NCBI GenBank assembly: GCA_024653325.1
Contig: JANLFX010000009.1
Coordinates: forward strand, 1 to 58,520
Source: Anaerolineae bacterium
GTDB taxonomy: Bacteria > Chloroflexota > Anaerolineae > JACIWR01
DNA: 58,520 nt
Reading direction: 5' to 3'
The number at the start of each line of letters is the position of its first letter. Within the stretch, counting starts at the first letter, position 1. The notes under the pieces were generated by a model, which was not told the DNA's origin, ran no database searches, and was given only the letters and a program-made list of their open reading frames with translations. This document shows, in pieces, positions 20,430-29,214 of this stretch. Position numbers and translations under genes: made by a program.

Positions 20430-21077
20430 TCATTTGTTGTCCTGCATTGTCCACATGGTACTGCCTATGTGGACCAAATGGCCGGTCTCGTTGTGGCACA
20501 GTAGACGCGGCTGCTCACCCATTGCCAGTACGCTGAAAGCACCGTTGGCCAAGTCGTAGTCGGTCCAGCGGGAGCCATCGCCGTGAAGGAACAAAGCCAG
20601 GGCAGTAGCAATGACCCCACTATGGCTGACAATGATAATCGTACTGCCAATGTGGGCCCTGTCTATCTCTTGCAAGGCGACCAAAATGCGTTGAGCGAAA
20701 TGGCGTGGCGATTCGCCGCCAGGCGGGGCGAAGTCTGGGTCGGCAGCCATCTTCTCCCACAAGTGGTACTCATTCCTGAGCACAGCCGGGGATAGCCCTA
20801 CCCAATCGCCCAGGTTGTATTCCACCAGACCGGGATGCAGGTGCAACGACAGGTATGGCAGAGCAGCCTGAATTATCTCGGCTGTCTGGCGTGCGCGATA
20901 CAAGGGGCTGCTGTAAATAGCCGTGGCTGTGGGATACTCAGATGCCAGACGGCGGGCAAGAGCCTGAGCCTGGCGTATTCCCCGTGCGGTCAATCCCTCA
21001 TCCTCCGCGCCCTGCCACAATCCGGCGGCGTTGGCCGCGGTCTCTCCATGCCGTGCTAACACCCATTTGCTTTCCAT
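20430..21077 (-). CDS. Histidine phosphatase (phosphoglycerate mutase family)
   Basis: RHGET, YSSPLYRARQTA, E...G.W, PPGGES, VSHSG. Confidence 0.9.
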   Translation of the reverse strand: MESKWVLARHGETAANAAGLWQGAEDEGLTARGIRQAQALARRLASEYPTATAIYSSPLYRARQTAEIIQAALPYLSLHLHPGLVEYNLGDWVGLSPAVLRNEYHLWEKMAADPDFAPPGGESPRHFAQRILVALQEIDRAHIGSTIIIVSHSGVIATALALFLHGDGSRWTDYDLANGAFSVLAMGEQPRLLCHNETGHLVHIGSTMWTMQDNK

Positions 21078-21255
21078 GGACAAACGTACCTCGCTTTCTG
21101 CCTTTCGACACCGACAAAAAAGCATCCTGGAGTATGGGGTATGCACATCACCCTCGTCCCAGGACTCGTTCACCGGTCAGAGTCGAATTATACCACGCGA
21201 CACTGACAGAGTCAAACATTGGGTAGCCGAGAGCATTGCCCTCAGTCACCCGTTG

Positions 21256-22416
21256 CTATACCACCCCCGCCCCTGCCTCCGCCCGGCAAACGTGGATTTC
21301 AGGGGCGGTGCCGGTAGCAGCCTGGTACGCGGCGGACACGTGCTCACGGAAAGCTTCCACCGCGCTTTCATCCACCAGGCTTACTGTGCATCCTCCAAAC
21401 CCCGCCCCGGTCATTCGCGAACCGTACACTCCTTTCACCCGCCAGGCAGCCATGACCAGCGCGTCCAACTCCGGGCAACTGACTTGGTAATCGTTGCGCA
21501 GGCTGGCGTGCGATTCGTCCATCAGCCGGCCAAAAGTGACCAGATCATCGGCGCGCAGAGCGGCCACGGCACGGAGGACGCGGTCGTTTTCGCAGATGAC
21601 GTGACGGCAGCGTTGGCGCACACCGTCGGGCAGATGGGCCTGATGTTCCGCAAACTGGGTGGGCGAAACGTCGCGCAGGGCAATGATCCCCGGCAGATAG
21701 CGCTGTAACAGATGCACGCCCTCCTCGCACTCCCGCCGCCGGGTGTTGTATTCCGAAGACACCAACTCGCGGCGCACCCGTGTGTCGGCGACGATGATCG
21801 CCGTGTGGGCAGGTATGGGCACCAGCTCGTAATCCAGGCTGCGGCAATCAATGAGCAAGGCGCTGTCCCGTTGGCCCAGGGCGGAGATGAACTGGTCCAT
21901 GATGCCGCAGTTCATGCCCACGAACTCGTTCTCCGCCCGTTGGCAGAGCAGAGCCAGGCGCACCCGGTCAAGCTCCAGCTTACCCAACACCTGCCAGGTG
22001 TAAGCTGTCGCCACCTCTACCGCCGCCGAGGATGAGAGGCCCGCGCCGATGGGCACGTCGCTGGTCAATGCCATGTTCAGGCCGGGCAGGGTAAACCCCG
22101 CGCTTTGCAGCACCCAGGCCACGCCGCGCTGATAGTTGCTCCAGGGGTGCTCGTCATCGGGGACAATGTCGTCCAGGGGGAATTCGGCCCGCTGATCGAA
22201 GTCCAGGGCATGGACGACCACCCACCGATCTGGTCGCGGGGACGCGGCCAGGAGCACGCTGCGGTCAATGGCCACCGGCAGGACATACCCGTCGTTGTAA
22301 TCGGTGTGCTCGCCAATGAGGTTCACCCGCCCCGGCGCGCGGACCACCAGTGCCGCCTCCGTGCCGAAAAGCTGGCGAAAGCGATTCCGCAATAAGACAA
22401 CTCTGTCTTCTTCCAC
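21256..22416 (-). CDS. galK: Galactokinase
   Basis: APGRVNLIGEHTDYNDG, PIGAGLSSSAA, CGIMDQ, RMTGAGFGG. Confidence 0.97.
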   Translation of the reverse strand: MEEDRVVLLRNRFRQLFGTEAALVVRAPGRVNLIGEHTDYNDGYVLPVAIDRSVLLAASPRPDRWVVVHALDFDQRAEFPLDDIVPDDEHPWSNYQRGVAWVLQSAGFTLPGLNMALTSDVPIGAGLSSSAAVEVATAYTWQVLGKLELDRVRLALLCQRAENEFVGMNCGIMDQFISALGQRDSALLIDCRSLDYELVPIPAHTAIIVADTRVRRELVSSEYNTRRRECEEGVHLLQRYLPGIIALRDVSPTQFAEHQAHLPDGVRQRCRHVICENDRVLRAVAALRADDLVTFGRLMDESHASLRNDYQVSCPELDALVMAAWRVKGVYGSRMTGAGFGGCTVSLVDESAVEAFREHVSAAYQAATGTAPEIHVCRAEAGAGVV

Positions 22417-22461
22417 GCTTTCCTCCCTTCTGCCACCCATAGGTCGGGTTGCCAACCCGAG

Positions 22462-24171
22462 CTACAATCCTTCCACTTGAGGCAAGTAGCCCAGCTTCTC
22501 CAGTTCCTCCACCAGACGCGGCCAGTCCTCTTCCTTGACCAACGCCGCTCGGGGAGAAAGTATCTCCACCAGATAAGGGGCGGTCTGGGGCAAGGTACGC
22601 AGCTCCTGCAAGGTGATTTCTTTCCGCACCTGGAGCACTACCGCCCGCCGCAGCCGCACCGCGCCGAACTTCTCCGCCCAGCCGCGCAGGGCCACGCTCA
22701 CGCCAGGGGGCACTCGCCTGTCACTGACCCGCTCCAGAAAAGCCAGCACCTGCTCCACCGATACCTTCTCGCTCAGAGTGCGGGCCAGGGCGGCGGGTGT
22801 CAGCCGGTAGACGAATTCTTCTCCCGACGCCTCCCACTCGCTGATGCGCGCCAGTTGGAAGCGATCGTACAGCGGAGTTGTTGGTGGGACGCGCACTTTG
22901 AGATCAGAGGTGATGATCACGGGCTCCGGCTCCGGATCGGGCGGCGGCGAGGCCAGAGCGAGGAAAGCCGCGCCGTGCGGTGTAATCCTGAAACAACGGG
23001 GTCGGGTCTCCGTTTCGTCGTAGCCCAGGGCGACCACTCCCAGCCAGCACAGCGGCCCGCTGATAAGATGCGCGATCAATGCCCCCTCCACCTGGTCCCA
23101 GTGCTCGAAGCCCATCAGATACTCGCCGGAGGCCGCGTCGCGGATGTACCAGCTCCGGTAGTCGCCATCGGGCCGCTGGAAATCGGGGTCAGCGCGTTTG
23201 ACGGCGGCGATGAACGATTCCAGGGAGAGCCATTCTTCCACGGGGCAGCGGGCCAGGTGACCGAGGACGCGCTTCCGGGCCAGGTGAGGATCGTTGCGCC
23301 AGCCGGTGTCCTCGCAGTGTAAAGCGGGAAGCCGCCATAGTTCGTTCCAGCGGTCGTCATCGCGCCACGCCTCCTGCAAGGCGAGAAGTTGCCGACCAGG
23401 GGCAGACCGGAGCCAGCCCCTGGCCGTGGCCGGATTCGGCTGCAAGCGCCCCTTGACCAGTTGAATCAACCCCAGACGCTGCGCCAGGTGGTGTAACAGA
23501 GCCAGGCGCGTGACGTCGCGCTCGCGCTGCACCCCCGCCCAATCCTCAGCGACCAGGAGCCGCGGCCCCAGGCGGGCAAGGTCCTCCCGCTTCAGGCTGC
23601 GATCTCGCAGAGGAACAACGCTCTGATTGCGCAGATAAGCCAGGAAGGTACACAGGTCCTGAGCTGCCGCCAGGCCATCCTCGCGCACAATCGGCGGAGG
23701 TGAGACCACCTCGACGACGAAGGGCGGAGGTCCTGCAGGCGGGGCGGGCAGCAGAGAGCGCAAATCGGTGGGGATGAAGACGAACTCGGTGGCCTGTTCA
23801 TCCACCATGTCGAAGGCGCGAGCGATCAGGCCGCGATACCACAGCCCCTCGGCGGGGCTGATCGGCTGACGCCAGGGTTCCTCTCGCTCCAGGCGACCCG
23901 GGCCGAAGGCACGAATCTCCCCGAAACGACGGGTGAAAAGCGCGGCCTGCATCCGTCCGCCCGCCATCAGGAGCGCGTCCAGGGCCTCCCGCTCCGCTGG
24001 AGATAGCCAGGCCACGGCCTCCGCCACGGATTCGGGATCGAGCAGTGCCGCGGCCAATTGCGCCGCCGTCTCCCGCTGACGGTTGCTGCTCAACTCCACA
24101 CCGCGCCGCTGGGCGATGGCCCGCAGCAGAGCCATGTCATAGTCAATCAAACATTGCTTGATCGTCTTCAT
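22462..24171 (-). CDS. XPB-associated (Helicase_C_3-like) domain protein without helicase motifs
   Basis: C-terminal YRLTPAAL...FLERVS...VPPGVSVALRGWAEKFG; PDFQRPDGDY..WYIRD block; no Walker A motif. Confidence 0.7.
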   Translation of the reverse strand: MKTIKQCLIDYDMALLRAIAQRRGVELSSNRQRETAAQLAAALLDPESVAEAVAWLSPAEREALDALLMAGGRMQAALFTRRFGEIRAFGPGRLEREEPWRQPISPAEGLWYRGLIARAFDMVDEQATEFVFIPTDLRSLLPAPPAGPPPFVVEVVSPPPIVREDGLAAAQDLCTFLAYLRNQSVVPLRDRSLKREDLARLGPRLLVAEDWAGVQRERDVTRLALLHHLAQRLGLIQLVKGRLQPNPATARGWLRSAPGRQLLALQEAWRDDDRWNELWRLPALHCEDTGWRNDPHLARKRVLGHLARCPVEEWLSLESFIAAVKRADPDFQRPDGDYRSWYIRDAASGEYLMGFEHWDQVEGALIAHLISGPLCWLGVVALGYDETETRPRCFRITPHGAAFLALASPPPDPEPEPVIITSDLKVRVPPTTPLYDRFQLARISEWEASGEEFVYRLTPAALARTLSEKVSVEQVLAFLERVSDRRVPPGVSVALRGWAEKFGAVRLRRAVVLQVRKEITLQELRTLPQTAPYLVEILSPRAALVKEEDWPRLVEELEKLGYLPQVEGL

Positions 24172-24182
24172 CGTCTCTCATT

Positions 24183-24215
24183 AGGTGCGACGCACTTCGC
24201 AAGTGCGTCGCACCT
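24183..24215. repeat. REP-like palindrome
   Basis: AGGTGCGACGCACTT-CGC-AAGTGCGTCGCACCT; related to AAGTGACCGGCAC...GTGCCGGTCACTT at 41406-41438. Confidence 0.7.
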
Positions 24216-26690
24216 TTACGGAATGACCTGCACCGGTCCGATAAGCACCGCTCCCACCTCCGCACCCGGTACATCACTCAACACGGGCAGGCGCTCGCCG
24301 GTGAAGGGGTTATACATGCCCACCGCCAGTTGATACGTCCCCGGCGGCATGTCCACCGGGATGGGAATAGGGTGCACATCACGGTTGTACTCATCCGTCC
24401 CCCAGCGCGTGGTCGGGTAGCTTCCTGGATGAAGGTTGTCCTGCTGGGCCAAGACGTAGAAATCAGGGGCTACCACGTGAGCGAAGGCACTGTAGTCCAT
24501 CCTCAAAGGCTGTGCCGTCTTCCAGTACAGGGTCACGGGCAGGGTCTCGCCGGGGCGGACGACGGTGCGCGGCAGATCGTACCCCAGCAGAGTCACCCCA
24601 GCGCCCAGCTCAACCATCGCGGAATGCTGCATACCTCGCACTCTCTGGCCGTCGAATCCCCATTTGAAAGGGGTATCGTAGCGGTCCAGGTAAACGACCT
24701 TGACCAGCAACAAGGCCCCGCCCAGCAAGGTCAGAATGACCCCCTCCCGCCAGCGCAGCCGGGCCGGAGCGGGCCACGGATGGACAGTCCGCCGCCAGGT
24801 CGCTACTCCCAGCGCCAGCACCGCCGCCAGAGCGATGGCGGATAGCCCATCACCGAGCAGACGCACCGGCGTCTCGGTGAAGCGCAGCATCACAACGTGC
24901 TCCCCGGCAGGGACAGTGAAACGGATCAGGCCCTGCGGGCCGGTGGCTTCCACAGGCACAGGCTGACCGTCTATCGTCGCTTGCCAGCCAGGGAAGTAGA
25001 AGGTGAGCACTGTCAACGACCAATCTTTGGCGGCGGATACGCGCCAGCGAGCCGCTGTCGGCTGCTCCAGCAGGGAGGTGATGGTCACCCCAGAAGGTAG
25101 CCAGGCAGGGTCCACTTTGGCTGCCAACGGTGCTCCCTCGTCCATGCCGGGAAAGGCCGGCTTGCGCGGCGGGTCAACGGCCCAGCGGGGCACGTACTCC
25201 CCGGCGGAGGTGACGCCCAGGGCGTGGCTCTGCTGCTGAAAAGCGGTCACGTCGGCCAGGATGGGGTTGGAAGTCTGAGAGGGGCTGTAGCGTGGGTAGA
25301 GGGACGGCACGCTGACGACGAAGAAGACCACCGCGGCTACACCCACCACTCCAGAGGAGACCCACTGGCGAGCAAAGGTTTTCTCCAGCGCGGCCAGCGC
25401 CCCGCCGACCAGCAAGGCCAGAGCGAAGGTCACCGGGCTGAGCAAGCGCCAGGGGAACTCGAAGTAGCGGATCAGGGGCAGGCGTGCCCACAGCCATTCC
25501 GAGGGCGACAAGGTCATGAATCCCAGGCCCATCACGGCCAGGGTGAAAGCGATCACGCTCCAGCGCTGCTCACCCTGCAGCCGACCAATCAGCGCGATGG
25601 CCAGCACACCGAACACCGTCTGGGCCAGCCCCATCTGGATGGGGATGTCGGGATTCATGCAACCGGTGTCTACCGGCAACGGTGGACCCAGCAATTCACC
25701 GGGAGTGAGAAAATTGAGACGGTAGTCGTAGTCCGGCGCGGCCATGAACAGCTCAATGCGGGTGAATTGCTTCTCGGCCAGAGCAGGTAGCCAGAAGAAG
25801 GCGCTCAGCGCCAGACCCAGCAGCAGAGCAGCGAGCACTGCCCGCCAGGGGAAAGCTCGTCTGCGCCACATCCCCAACGCGGCCAGGTAAAGAAGCAGCA
25901 CTGGCGTGGCTGCCAGGCTGGACACATTGTGGGTGAGCACCAGGGCCGCGTAAGTCACCGCGCCGAGCGCGATGGCACGGGTGGGGCGTTGCGGGGTGAA
26001 GCTGTCATTGACCCCCCACTCCGTGGGGGGCTTGCTCGAAACCCCCACCGCAGGTGGGGGAGCCGTCACCGCTGCGCCTGCATGGGTGGAACATTGAAGG
26101 GTGAAGCTGTCATTGACCCCCCACTCCGTGGGGGGCTTGCTGGAAGCCTCTGAGATGCGTCTGGAGCCGCTTGAGTTCGCGCTCCCGCCCCCCAGCACCA
26201 CCCGGCGGAAGGCCCAGAAGACCAGGGGAAACCAGACGAAGGCCAGCGCATCCGACAGACTGCCGCGCACGTAGTGATTGTACAGCAGATAAGGCGCGTA
26301 CACATAGGCCACGGCGGCGACCAGGCCCGCCCGCTCGCCGAACACCTCGCGCCCGAACAGGTACATCGCCAGGCCGGAACCCAGCAGGCAAAGGATGAAT
26401 CCGGCGCGCAACGCGGGCACAAAGGCCAATCCCAGCAGGTGCAGGGCTTCGGTGAGATAAGTGGAGAGGGGAGCGTAGAAATTGAAGAGGGGATAGCCAT
26501 ACCCGTAGGCCAGATCGGGCATCCAGCGAGGGAAGAGCAACCCCTGGCGCAGGCAGTGATCCAACTCGACCAGGCGGTAGAGGTGGAGCCCGGTATCGCC
26601 GCCGCGGGGGAGTTCGGGGCGCAGCGAGGGGTGAATGGCCGGCAAAGCTAACAGCAGGACGAGCACCCAGCCGGGGACGCCGCGCTTCAT
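24216..26690 (-). CDS. GT-C-like multipass membrane protein (PTPS-related/YfhO-like) with in-frame repeat insertion
   Basis: PRWMPDLAYGYGYPLFNFYAPL, LSAFFWLPAL.E, FPWR, FYFPGWQA; C-terminal LLGYDL...VTLYW beta domain. Confidence 0.8.
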   Translation of the reverse strand: MKRGVPGWVLVLLLALPAIHPSLRPELPRGGDTGLHLYRLVELDHCLRQGLLFPRWMPDLAYGYGYPLFNFYAPLSTYLTEALHLLGLAFVPALRAGFILCLLGSGLAMYLFGREVFGERAGLVAAVAYVYAPYLLYNHYVRGSLSDALAFVWFPLVFWAFRRVVLGGGSANSSGSRRISEASSKPPTEWGVNDSFTLQCSTHAGAAVTAPPPAVGVSSKPPTEWGVNDSFTPQRPTRAIALGAVTYAALVLTHNVSSLAATPVLLLYLAALGMWRRRAFPWRAVLAALLLGLALSAFFWLPALAEKQFTRIELFMAAPDYDYRLNFLTPGELLGPPLPVDTGCMNPDIPIQMGLAQTVFGVLAIALIGRLQGEQRWSVIAFTLAVMGLGFMTLSPSEWLWARLPLIRYFEFPWRLLSPVTFALALLVGGALAALEKTFARQWVSSGVVGVAAVVFFVVSVPSLYPRYSPSQTSNPILADVTAFQQQSHALGVTSAGEYVPRWAVDPPRKPAFPGMDEGAPLAAKVDPAWLPSGVTITSLLEQPTAARWRVSAAKDWSLTVLTFYFPGWQATIDGQPVPVEATGPQGLIRFTVPAGEHVVMLRFTETPVRLLGDGLSAIALAAVLALGVATWRRTVHPWPAPARLRWREGVILTLLGGALLLVKVVYLDRYDTPFKWGFDGQRVRGMQHSAMVELGAGVTLLGYDLPRTVVRPGETLPVTLYWKTAQPLRMDYSAFAHVVAPDFYVLAQQDNLHPGSYPTTRWGTDEYNRDVHPIPIPVDMPPGTYQLAVGMYNPFTGERLPVLSDVPGAEVGAVLIGPVQVIP
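25994..26141 (+). mobile_element. IS200/IS605-end-like mini-element (43-bp direct repeat twice, three hairpins)
   Basis: GGGTGAAGCTGTCATTGACCCCCCACTCCGTGGGGGGCTTGCT at 25994-26036 and 26099-26141; between them CCCCCACCGCAGGTGGGGG-AGCCG-TCAC (26042-26069). Confidence 0.6.
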
Positions 26691-26852
26691 TCCTCGATAG
26701 AAACTCGCGCGCCACCGGGGCCTGGTCGGCGGCGCGCTACTCCTAGAGTTCGGCTTAGCAAATAAGCTCATCGTCTGTCACCGGGACAAGAAGATCTTCC
26801 TCCTAAAGAGAGTAAAAGTTGGAAGCCATTTTGGGCGCGCCAATGTCAGCTT

Positions 26853-27079
26853 CTACAAATTCTCCATAAACTCGTCTGGCGTTACTTTGGCTTGCTTCAG
26901 AATGCCTCGCAATGTACCAATCGCCAGTTCGTGATGCAAAGTACCACACACCCAACAATCCCTTCCGGTGTTTGCTTTTTGAGTATCACATGGCTACCGC
27001 GCTGCCGCACTTTCTCGAAGCCCAGGCGTTCCAGTGCGCGAACGGTTTCTTGTCCCGATACTCTGCGCAGCTTAGGCAT
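26853..27079 (-). pseudogene. hicA: HicA toxin, frameshifted
   Basis: MPKLRRVSG...LERLGF..VRQRGSH...GCVV; adding one C near 26941 restores PLHHELAIGTLRGILKQAKVTPDEFMENL*. Confidence 0.85.
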
Positions 27080-27284
27080 ACACCGCCACCTCAAAAGTGG
27101 TCATCAGCGGCCTGGTAACTTCGGGCAAAGGGAACTCTGCCAAATAAAGTTCCGTCGCCTCTCGCAGATTAGCTATGGCTTCCTCAACAGTGTATCCCTG
27201 GCTGACTGTTCCAACCTCAGGGCATTCCGCAACGTATACATCACCTTCTTTATAAAGAATCGCGGTAAAGATTCGTGTTGTCAT
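27072..27284 (-). CDS. hicB: Short HicB antitoxin
   Basis: YVAECPEVGTVSQGYTVEEAIANLREATELYL; overlaps the hicA start. Confidence 0.9.
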   Translation of the reverse strand: MTTRIFTAILYKEGDVYVAECPEVGTVSQGYTVEEAIANLREATELYLAEFPLPEVTRPLMTTFEVAVYA

Positions 27285-27345
27285 CTCAAATACCTCTACA
27301 CAAGTTGGATGACACGCCGTGTAGGACAAGCTGATGAATCTTGTT

Positions 27346-29148
27346 CTACTGGGTTATCGGAAGCAGACCAATCAACTCGTACACCTGCTCGGCGGCGGCC
27401 CGGCCTTTGACGCGAATGGGTTCCAGCTCATTAACCAGCACATAATCCTTGACCAGCTTGTAAGTATTCTGGCCCAGCAGAATCTGCCCTGGTTTGGCGT
27501 TCTCCTGCAGCCGTTTGGATAGATTAACCGCATCACCGATGAGGGTGTATTCCATGTGATCCTCGGCACCGATGTTGCCTGCCACCACCTCGCCGGTGTT
27601 GATGCCAATGCCTAGCTGCAGCCGGGACTCGGGAGGCATTTGCTGGTGGTAGGCATCCACCGCCTGCTTGATGGCCCAGGCGGCACGTACCGCCTGCAGG
27701 GCGTGCCGGGGTTCTTCCAACAAGGGACTGTTAAAGTGAGCCATCACCGCATCGCCTTCGTACTTATCCACGATGCCGTTGTGGGCACGGATGGCAGCGT
27801 GTACCAGCTCACAATACTGGTTCACCATCTCCACTACCTGCTCCGGGGCGTGAGCCTCACTATAGGTAGTGAAACCTCGAATATCGCTGAAGAAAATAGT
27901 CAGCTCCCGCCGTGATCCCCCCAGTTGTAGCTCTTCCAGGTTTTCGGGCAGGTTCTCAATCAATTCCGGCGGTAGATAGCGTTTGATCATGGCGCGCTCG
28001 CGCTCGTATCGCTTTTTCTCGGTCAGATCATCTACCACGACGGCCACTCCCAGCGTTTCATCCTGGGCGTTCTTCAACGGCGAGAGGTTCATGCTCAAGC
28101 TTACCTGACCCCGGGTGGGCAGGTAGGACTCGATTTCATGACGGATATATTTTTTCTCCTTGGTTTTCACCTCTTCGACCAATGGCGGCAGTAACTCGCC
28201 CAAAACCGGCAAAGTCGAGCAATAGGGCGCGTTCAGACAGGAGTGGGCCGGGATACCCAGGATTTGCTCAGCAGCGCGGTTAAACAGGGTGATTTTGTCC
28301 ATGTTGTCAGTGGTAATCACCCCGCTGGCGATGGAAGCGAAGATGTTATCCATCAATTTCTTGGCATTAACCACACTTTCAAACAGACGGGCGTTTTCAA
28401 TGGCTACGGCGGCCTGGTTGGCGAAAGCAACCAGCAGGTCCCGGTCACGGTCACCAAAAAGGCCGTGCTTGATGCGATTATCGGCATAGACCACGCCGGT
28501 GATCTTGTCTTTCACCCGCAGAGGGACGCAGAGGATGGAACGCAGGCTGTAGCTGACCACACTCTCCTGGGCACGGAAGCGGGGGTCGGCCTGGGCATTG
28601 GTGGTCACGATAGGCACACCGTCGCGGGCTACCTGCCAGACGATGGTACGACTGATCTGAAACGAGGAGTCGTCAATGGTTTTCCGGTCCATCTCGCGGG
28701 CGACTTTGAACTCCAGTTCCCCCGTTTCGTCGTCTATCAACATCAGAAAGCCCCGCTCAGCTCCGGTGAGCTCGATGATGGTGTCCATCACCCGCTTAAG
28801 CACTTCTTCCAGATCCAGTGTGGAGTTGATCAGCCTGGTCACTTCATAGAGGGCGCTAAGTTGCTCGTGTTCTTTGGTGCGGGCGGTCAGATCATCCTGC
28901 AAACGCGCCAACTCCTGGTTGAACTGCGGCAGGCGAGCCTCAAGCTGCTGGGCAATAGTGGCCGCCGATGAGGCAAAAGCCAATAAATCCTGGAGCGATT
29001 TCTCGCCCCCGCCTCTGGAACTGGCGAGAAGTTGCTGCAGTGCAGCCCGTTGTTTGGTCAGCACTCCGCTAAGACGGCTCAAACCTTCGCGGAAGGCGGT
29101 GATCTCTTGTTGCACCATCTCAATTGTTGAGTGAGACATGTCGCTCAT
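27346..29148 (-). CDS. Class III adenylate cyclase with coiled-coil, GAF and PAS domains
   Basis: GAF (GAERGFLML, SILCVPL, AAVAIENARLF), PAS (SGVITTD...FNRAAE), cyclase FSDIRGFT, DKYEGDAVMA, YTLIGDAVNLSKRLQ. Confidence 0.93.
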   Translation of the reverse strand: MSDMSHSTIEMVQQEITAFREGLSRLSGVLTKQRAALQQLLASSRGGGEKSLQDLLAFASSAATIAQQLEARLPQFNQELARLQDDLTARTKEHEQLSALYEVTRLINSTLDLEEVLKRVMDTIIELTGAERGFLMLIDDETGELEFKVAREMDRKTIDDSSFQISRTIVWQVARDGVPIVTTNAQADPRFRAQESVVSYSLRSILCVPLRVKDKITGVVYADNRIKHGLFGDRDRDLLVAFANQAAVAIENARLFESVVNAKKLMDNIFASIASGVITTDNMDKITLFNRAAEQILGIPAHSCLNAPYCSTLPVLGELLPPLVEEVKTKEKKYIRHEIESYLPTRGQVSLSMNLSPLKNAQDETLGVAVVVDDLTEKKRYERERAMIKRYLPPELIENLPENLEELQLGGSRRELTIFFSDIRGFTTYSEAHAPEQVVEMVNQYCELVHAAIRAHNGIVDKYEGDAVMAHFNSPLLEEPRHALQAVRAAWAIKQAVDAYHQQMPPESRLQLGIGINTGEVVAGNIGAEDHMEYTLIGDAVNLSKRLQENAKPGQILLGQNTYKLVKDYVLVNELEPIRVKGRAAAEQVYELIGLLPITQ

Positions 29149-29214
29149 ACTTCCCTCTCTATTAAACCCCACCCTGCTCTTGTTCAAACCTTCGCAAGGG
29201 TGTGGGTATAAATG

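Noticed and set aside
25994-26141. CRISPR array (the hairpin resembles type I-E repeats)
   Set aside because: Only two 43-bp copies, the 62-bp intervening sequence is itself a related hairpin, it lies inside a CDS, and there are no cas genes.
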